A stretch of 64,000 nucleotides of DNA from an uncultured Actinomycetes bacterium (GTDB lineage: Bacteria; Actinomycetota; UBA4738; HRBIN12), in assembly GCA_963706005.1 (NCBI GenBank), contig CAVPLL010000010.1, positions 251,670 through 315,669 of the forward strand, in the 5' to 3' direction. The translations under genes and the position numbers were made by a program. The notes below the pieces were generated by a model. It was not told where the DNA came from. It did no database searches and was given only the letters and a program-made list of their open reading frames with translations. Within the stretch, counting starts at the first letter, position 1. Each line of letters opens with the position of its first letter. Below are positions 59,155 through 64,000 of the stretch, one piece after another.

Positions 59155-59589
59155 ATGGCGGCCCCGTCGAGGCACGATCCGTACAAGAACTACCCGTTCC
59201 GCGTCGAGATCGACGGTCTGACCTCGTCCGGGTTCGCGGAGGTCTCCGGGCTGTCCGCCGAGGCGGAGGTGATCGAGTACCGGGAGGGCGCGGACATCAC
59301 GTCGACGCGCAAGCTCCCCGGACCCATCAAGTATCCGAACGTCACGCTGAAGCGCGGCCTCACGACGTCGAGGGAGCTCTTCGATTGGTGGATGACCGTC
59401 GTGCACGGGAAGGTGCAACGGCGGAACGTGCTCATCGTCCTCCTCGACGACGACCGCAAGGACGTTCTGCGCTGGATCCTCCACGACGCGTGGATCGCCA
59501 AGATCGAGTTCGGCGACCTCAACGCCAAGGGCAACGACGTCGCGATCGAGTCGATCGAGCTCGCGCACGAGGGGCTCGAGCTGGAGTAG
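59155..59589 (+). CDS. Phage tail tube protein-like (T4 gp19 / TIGR02241 'conserved hypothetical phage tail region protein' family)
   Basis: YKNYPFRVEIDGL...FAEVSGLSAEAEVIEYREG...KLPGPIKYPNVTLKRGL...W...AWIAKIEFGDLNAKGNDVAIESIELAHEGLE is the canonical pattern of eCIS/phage tube proteins. Confidence 0.85.
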   Translation: MAAPSRHDPYKNYPFRVEIDGLTSSGFAEVSGLSAEAEVIEYREGADITSTRKLPGPIKYPNVTLKRGLTTSRELFDWWMTVVHGKVQRRNVLIVLLDDDRKDVLRWILHDAWIAKIEFGDLNAKGNDVAIESIELAHEGLELE

Positions 59590-59714
59590 CGACCACGGCG
59601 CCCGCGACCGCGTGACCGAGGTCACCTCGATCCGGTGCCGCCGGTCCGTGCCTTCGGAGCCCGAACGTCACACCCTTAGGCCCAAAGTCAGATCCGTGGT
59701 CGGGGGTGAACACG

Positions 59715-60902
59715 ATGAGCGGATCGTCCGGAGCTCGATTGGTCATCGAAGGAGGGCCGCGCGGCGGCGAGCGATACCCGCTCCGGCTGGGCGACCAGGT
59801 GATCGGTCGTGCCGACACGGCGGACGTGATCCTTGGCGCCGGGGACGTCAGCCGGGAGCACGCCCACATCTGGTGGGACGGCGCGACGGCGACCATCACC
59901 GACGCCGGCTCGAGTCACGGCACCGAGGTGAACAGGTACCGGGTCGTCGGCAGCCAGACGCTTCGCCGGGGAGACTTGATCCGCCTGGGGAGCGCCGAGC
60001 TACGCTTCGAGACAGCGGACGCCGAGCAGACCACCGGCCCGTTGCGATCCGCTCCGTCCGAGGGTTCCCCGGCCGGTGGGGTCGGCAACCAGGTCGGACG
60101 CGACAACTACGGCGACATCATCCAGGCGGGTCGCGACGTCAACTACGACTACGACGTCGATATCCTCAACCGTCTCGAGCCGGACGACCCGATGGACGAG
60201 CTCTTCAAGGGCCGCGGTGTCGGCCGCTTGCTCATGGCGATCGGACTGCTGATCGCGCTCGCGGGGTTCGGTGGGTGGATGTACCTGATCCTGTCGGGGG
60301 GAGCGACGATCGCCGGGGGTCGCCCCGTGGACCCGTTCTCCATCGAAGTGTTCGGTGTGCCAGCCGCGATGGTGGCGTTCGGTTCGTTCCTCGTCGGCGG
60401 CGTGATCGCTTCCATCGGCAAGGGGATGTCCAAGGCTGCGCGCGAGCGCGCCGAACGCAGCGCAGGAGACACGGCGCGAGCGCGTCGTCGCGTATCGATG
60501 AAAGGGGGAGCAGCGATGGTTCAGATCTCGAACACCATCGGCGGGAACAACTTCGGCGACATCACGCAGGGCGGTCGGGACGTGGTCGTCACGAAGGTCG
60601 TCTCGCCGGATCCGAGGCAGGCGCTGAACGCCGTCCGCAGCTTGCGGGGAACGCTCGACGGCCTCGAGGTGCCGGAACCGGTGCGCTCGGAGGCCGGCCG
60701 AGCGCTCGACGAGATCGAGGAGGAGCTCCGGATCCCCGAACCCGATCGCGGCGTCATCACCGCGCGCCTCGAACGGTTCACCGAGGTCCTCACCAGTGCG
60801 GGTGCGGTCGCCTCGGCCGGCGCGTCGCTGATCCGGCCGATCCGCGCGATCGCAGCGTGGCTCGGTCCGATCGGCGCGGCGCTCCTGCGTCAGGTCGCCT
60901 GA
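59715..60902 (+). CDS. FHA-domain protein with central 2-TM hairpin and C-terminal helical domain (could start at GTG 59706)
   Basis: FHA: LRLGDQVIGRADTADVILGAGDVSREHAHIWWDG...ITDAGSSHGTEVN...GDLIRLG. TM segments LLMAIGLLIALAGFGGWMYLIL and VPAAMVAFGSFLVGGVIASI. Confidence 0.8.
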   Translation: MSGSSGARLVIEGGPRGGERYPLRLGDQVIGRADTADVILGAGDVSREHAHIWWDGATATITDAGSSHGTEVNRYRVVGSQTLRRGDLIRLGSAELRFETADAEQTTGPLRSAPSEGSPAGGVGNQVGRDNYGDIIQAGRDVNYDYDVDILNRLEPDDPMDELFKGRGVGRLLMAIGLLIALAGFGGWMYLILSGGATIAGGRPVDPFSIEVFGVPAAMVAFGSFLVGGVIASIGKGMSKAARERAERSAGDTARARRRVSMKGGAAMVQISNTIGGNNFGDITQGGRDVVVTKVVSPDPRQALNAVRSLRGTLDGLEVPEPVRSEAGRALDEIEEELRIPEPDRGVITARLERFTEVLTSAGAVASAGASLIRPIRAIAAWLGPIGAALLRQVA

Positions 60903-60982
60903 CGCGCCGGTCCGGCAGCGTGCGGCGTCGCGGGCAGTCCCGGTAGGGTTGGAACCAACCCAGAGCGAGGGAGGCGCGCTGC

Positions 60983-61450
60983 ATGTACGACTGGCTGGTG
61001 CTGGTCCACATCGTCGGCGTCCTAGGGTTCATGTTCACGCATGGCGTGGCTGCGGCGATGGCGCTCCGGCTCCGGCACGAGCGCAACCCGGATCGGATCC
61101 GCGTGCTGCTGCAGATCTCGAGCTCCTCGCTGGCGGTCTTGTACCTCTCGATCCTGCTGCTGCTCGTCGGCGGCATCTGGGCCGGGTTCAACGGCCACTG
61201 GTGGGGCGAAGGATGGATCTGGGTCGCCCTCGGCGTGTTCGTCGCCAACCTGGTGTTCATGTACGCGGTGCCGGTCCCGTACTACAAGAAGATCCGCGAG
61301 ATCATGACGATCGAGGAGTCGGGCAGCTCGGCCGTCGGGCCGGAGCAGCTGGAGGCGATGCTCCGCTCGAACCTCCCGCGCGTCGTCATGGCGGTGGGCC
61401 TCGTGTCGATCGCCTTCATCGCCTACCTGATGGTCGTCAAACCCTTCTGA
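60983..61450 (+). CDS. DUF2269-family membrane protein
   Basis: Four TM segments. LVLVHIVGVLGFMFTHG N-terminus. GAGGGAGG SD. Confidence 0.65.
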   Translation: MYDWLVLVHIVGVLGFMFTHGVAAAMALRLRHERNPDRIRVLLQISSSSLAVLYLSILLLLVGGIWAGFNGHWWGEGWIWVALGVFVANLVFMYAVPVPYYKKIREIMTIEESGSSAVGPEQLEAMLRSNLPRVVMAVGLVSIAFIAYLMVVKPF

Positions 61451-61460
61451 GGAGCCGGAG

Positions 61461-62492
61461 ATGTACGCAACGATCGCCGTGGGCACCGACGGGTCCGAGA
61501 CCGCCTCGATCGCCGAACGCGTCGCGCTCGAGCTGGCACGCACGTCGGGGGCCGGGTGCTGTTCGTCTCCGTGTACCCGGACGAGGCTGGCCGGCAACGA
61601 GCCGCCGATGCCGTCGAGGTCGCCGCGGCCCGCGCCGAGGCCTCGGGCGTCTCGCGCCGACACCGAGGTGATGCAGGCCGAGCCGGCCGACGGGATCGTC
61701 GAGCTCGCCGACCGCCGGGATGCCGGCCTCGTCGTCGTGGGCGACGTCGGGATGGGCGGCCGTCGCACGCTTCGCCCCGGCGGCGTCCCCGACCGTGTGT
61801 CCCACAACATGCCGTGCGACCTGTTGATCGTTCGGACGTCCAAGCCGGAGCGCGCGCGACCGGCGGGCGAGTACGGGAGCGTGCTGATCGCCACAGATGG
61901 TTCGCCGACGGCGGACCGCGCGGCCCGGGTGGGGGCCGGGTTCGCACGGTCGCTCGGTGCGCGGATCACGCTCGTGCACGTCGGCGACGAGTCCCTCGGC
62001 GAGATCGTCCTTCGCGACACCGCCGAGCGCCTCGGCGACCGTGAGCTGCCGATCCGGGTCCTGGGGGGCGATGCGGGGACCGCGATCGCCGAGCTCGCCG
62101 ACTCCGAGGGGCACGACCTGGTCGTGGTGGGCAACAAGGGGATGAGCGGAGGCCTCCGGTTCCTGGCGGGTGCCGTCCCGGACAAGGTCTCGCACGAGGC
62201 CCCCTGCGACGTCCTGATCGTGAACACGGTCGGCCGCACGCCCGAGGACCTCGAGCGCGGAGAGGGCGCGATCGTCGAGGTCGACGGGAAGAAGGTGGCG
62301 GCGTTCCGGGACGAGCAGGGCGAGCTCGTGCTCCTGTCGCCCAAGTGCAAGCACCTCGGGTGCACCGTCGGCTGGAACCACCGCGCCAAGACGTGGGACT
62401 GCCCGTGCCACGGCAGCCGGTACGAGAGCGACGGCACGGTCAAGAACGGCCCGACCCGCCATCCGCTCGACCCGCTCGAGACCGCCGGGTAG
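61461..62492 (+). CDS. Tandem universal-stress-protein domains fused to a Rieske [2Fe-2S] domain; contains a compensated double frameshift (about 61550 and about 61655)
   Basis: USP ends GLVVVGDVGMGG...SHNMPCDLLIV and LVVVGNKGMSGG...SHEAPCDVLIV. Rieske motifs CKHLGC and CPCHGS. USP-like RVLFVSVYPDEAGRQRAADAVEVAAARAEASGV lies in the alternative frame (ORF 61556..62044). Confidence 0.8.
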   Translation: MYATIAVGTDGSETASIAERVALELARTSGAGCCSSPCTRTRLAGNEPPMPSRSPRPAPRPRASRADTEVMQAEPADGIVELADRRDAGLVVVGDVGMGGRRTLRPGGVPDRVSHNMPCDLLIVRTSKPERARPAGEYGSVLIATDGSPTADRAARVGAGFARSLGARITLVHVGDESLGEIVLRDTAERLGDRELPIRVLGGDAGTAIAELADSEGHDLVVVGNKGMSGGLRFLAGAVPDKVSHEAPCDVLIVNTVGRTPEDLERGEGAIVEVDGKKVAAFRDEQGELVLLSPKCKHLGCTVGWNHRAKTWDCPCHGSRYESDGTVKNGPTRHPLDPLETAG

Positions 62493-62544
62493 GTCCAGCG
62501 GCCGCCCGGTCCGAGGTCCCACCTGCCGAGTCCGGGCCCGGTGC

Positions 62545-62550
62545 TAGGGT
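62545..62550 (+). promoter_or_regulatory. Putative -10 box TAGGGT, 7 nt upstream of GTG 62558 (leaderless-type)
   Basis: TAnnnT-N7-GTG geometry. Confidence 0.35.
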
Positions 62551-62557
62551 CCGGACG

Positions 62558-64000
62558 GTGCCCGATCTCGAGGACGTCCTCACCGGCCTGAACGAGGCCC
62601 AGCGGGAGGCCGCCCTCGCGCTCCGCGGGCCGGTCGCGATCCTGGCCGGCGCGGGGACCGGCAAGACCACCACGATCACGCATCGCATCGCGTGCCAGGT
62701 GCGGAGCGGTACGTTCGAGCCGTCGCAGATCCTCGCGGTGACCTTCACGGACAAGGCGGCGGGGGAGCTCCGAGCTCGCCTCGCGGCGCTCGGCGTCGAA
62801 GGGGTCGAGGCCCGCACGTTCCACTCGGCCGCGCTCTCGCAGCTCTCGCGGCTGTGGTCGGCGCACACGGGCGAGCCGCTCCCCGAGGTGCTCGACCACA
62901 AGGCCCCGCTCATCGCCTCGCTCGCGAACGCGCTCCCCCCGCCTCATACGTTCCTGCCCCGGCGCGAGCTCGCGGGCGAGATCGAGTGGGCGAAGAACCG
63001 GATGATCCCACCGGGGAGGTACCTCGGCGCGCTCGGCGACCACGAGCCGCCGATCCCGGCGGACCTGATGCACCGCGTGTACGAGGGGTACGAGCGGCGC
63101 AAGACCGCGATGGGGCGGCTCGACTTCGAGGACATGCTCGGGCTCGCGCTGCGGCTGTTCGACGAGCATCCCGGCGCCGCCGACGAGGTCCGGTCGCGGT
63201 TCGCCGCGTTCACCGTGGACGAGTACCAGGACGTGAACCCGCTCCAGGCCGGCCTGCTCGAACGCTGGCTCGGCGACCGTGACGACCTCTGCGTGGTCGG
63301 CGACGACTACCAGACGATCTACGCGTTCACCGGCGCGTCGCCCGAGCACCTCCTGGGGTTCACGACCCGCTACCCGCACGCGACGGTCGTCCGCCTCGAG
63401 GAGAACCACCGCTCCACCCCCGAGGTGCTCGAGCTGGCCAACCGCCTCGCGACCCGCCTGGGCGGGTTCCGCAAGACACTCCGGGCGACCCGGCCCTCGG
63501 GACCGCCGCCCCTCGCGCGCGCCGAACCCGACGAGGAGGCCGAGGTCGCCGCCGTCGTCCAGGCCGTTCGGCGTCTGCACGCGGAGGAGGCCGTCCCGCT
63601 CGAGGAGATCGGGGTGCTGTACCGGATCAACGCGCGCTCCGAGCCGTTCGAGGAGGCGTTCGCGGCCGCGGCGATCCCGTACCAGGTTCGCGACGGCGCG
63701 TTCCTGCGGCGCCCGGGCCCGCGTGCGGTCCTGCAACGGCTGAAGCGCGCCGGCTCAGGTTCGGTGGCCGGGGCCGTCGAGGCCATCACCGACCAGCTCG
63801 GCTACGACCCCGACGCCGCGCCCGATGCCGACGAGGAGGTCACGCGGCAGTCCGACCTCGGTCGCATGCGGTCGCTCGCGGCGGAGTTCGAGCGCGCCGG
63901 TGGGGGCGTTGCCGCGGCGTTCGGCGCGGAGCTCGCCCGTCGGTTCTCGACGGAACACAGCGGCCGCGGCGTGAACCTGCTCACCTACCACCGCGCGAAA
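62558..64000 (+). CDS. UvrD/PcrA-like superfamily-1 DNA helicase, N-terminal 481 aa; continues beyond the window end
   Basis: Not in the ORF track (no stop in the window). My translation gives LNEAQREAA, GAGTGKTTT (Walker A), TFTDKAAGEL, TVDEYQDVNPLQ (motif II), VVGDDYQTIYAFTGA and LEENHRST. Confidence 0.9.
   Translation, partial: MPDLEDVLTGLNEAQREAALALRGPVAILAGAGTGKTTTITHRIACQVRSGTFEPSQILAVTFTDKAAGELRARLAALGVEGVEARTFHSAALSQLSRLWSAHTGEPLPEVLDHKAPLIASLANALPPPHTFLPRRELAGEIEWAKNRMIPPGRYLGALGDHEPPIPADLMHRVYEGYERRKTAMGRLDFEDMLGLALRLFDEHPGAADEVRSRFAAFTVDEYQDVNPLQAGLLERWLGDRDDLCVVGDDYQTIYAFTGASPEHLLGFTTRYPHATVVRLEENHRSTPEVLELANRLATRLGGFRKTLRATRPSGPPPLARAEPDEEAEVAAVVQAVRRLHAEEAVPLEEIGVLYRINARSEPFEEAFAAAAIPYQVRDGAFLRRPGPRAVLQRLKRAGSGSVAGAVEAITDQLGYDPDAAPDADEEVTRQSDLGRMRSLAAEFERAGGGVAAAFGAELARRFSTEHSGRGVNLLTYHRAK

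Noticed and set aside
59155-59589. Prophage or complete contractile injection system
   Set aside because: Only a tube-like gene is present. I saw no sheath, baseplate, tape-measure, capsid, terminase, integrase or att repeats anywhere in the window.
61022-63736. 904-aa minus-strand ORF spanning DUF2269, USP-Rieske and the helicase
   Set aside because: It crosses three well-supported + strand genes and an intergenic region, and its composition is low-complexity. It is an artefact of the lack of stop codons in GC-rich antisense frames.

Overview
Limits: all domain calls come from motifs I recognise by eye, with no HMM or BLAST. Start codons are supported by an SD sequence or a -10 box where stated. 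Indel positions are approximate (about +/-10 nt).

This is a very GC-rich (by eye about 70%) chromosomal segment with Actinomycetota-type hallmarks: an LLM/F420-type oxidoreductase, DinB-type proteins, cyclase-ATPase-TPR/LuxR regulators and many leaderless promoters. I can support about 60 protein-coding genes. I found no rRNA, tRNA, CRISPR array, transposase or integrase.

Gene content, left to right:
- 1-6.4 kb, all on the minus strand: P-type ATPase (runs off the left edge), M15 peptidoglycan peptidase, patatin phospholipase translationally coupled to a SLATT-like 2TM protein, papain-fold peptidase, HD (p)ppGpp-hydrolase-like protein, Bcp peroxiredoxin.
- Secreted GH25 muramidase.
- 9.3-16.9 kb catabolic cluster: CN-hydrolase, LLM oxidoreductase, NitT/TauT-type ABC transporter, ornithine cyclodeaminase, PLP threonine-dehydratase-like enzyme.
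- GNAT acetyltransferase, M43 protease, and an intact 1188-aa zinc-ribbon/cyclase/ATPase/TPR protein.
- Assorted small, membrane and regulatory genes: STAS, DoxX, cupin, MerR-B12, RodZ-like, DDAH-like, SDR, ArsR, DinB.
- Disrupted gadB.
- 39.7-51.2 kb sugar locus: two pfkB kinases, GH4, DeoR, SIS, a CUT1-type ABC transporter and a beta-helix/NPCBM protein.
- Heavily frameshifted STAND-type regulators: LuxR, a ferredoxin-cyclase and a second cyclase-ATPase-TPR.
- 58.8-60.9 kb: an intact three-gene block of an unknown 123-aa protein, an orphan phage-tail-tube (gp19/TIGR02241-like) protein and an FHA-2TM protein.
- DUF2269, a USP-USP-Rieske fusion, and a UvrD-like helicase that runs off the right edge.

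Best candidates for something new:
1. The sensor-less SLATT-patatin pair at 2086-3718.
2. The orphan tail-tube/FHA operon at 58782-60902.

A strong caveat applies across the window: single-base indels are extremely unevenly distributed, with hot zones at 37.7-43.8 kb and 48.1-58.7 kb. This points either to local assembly error or to real gene decay.
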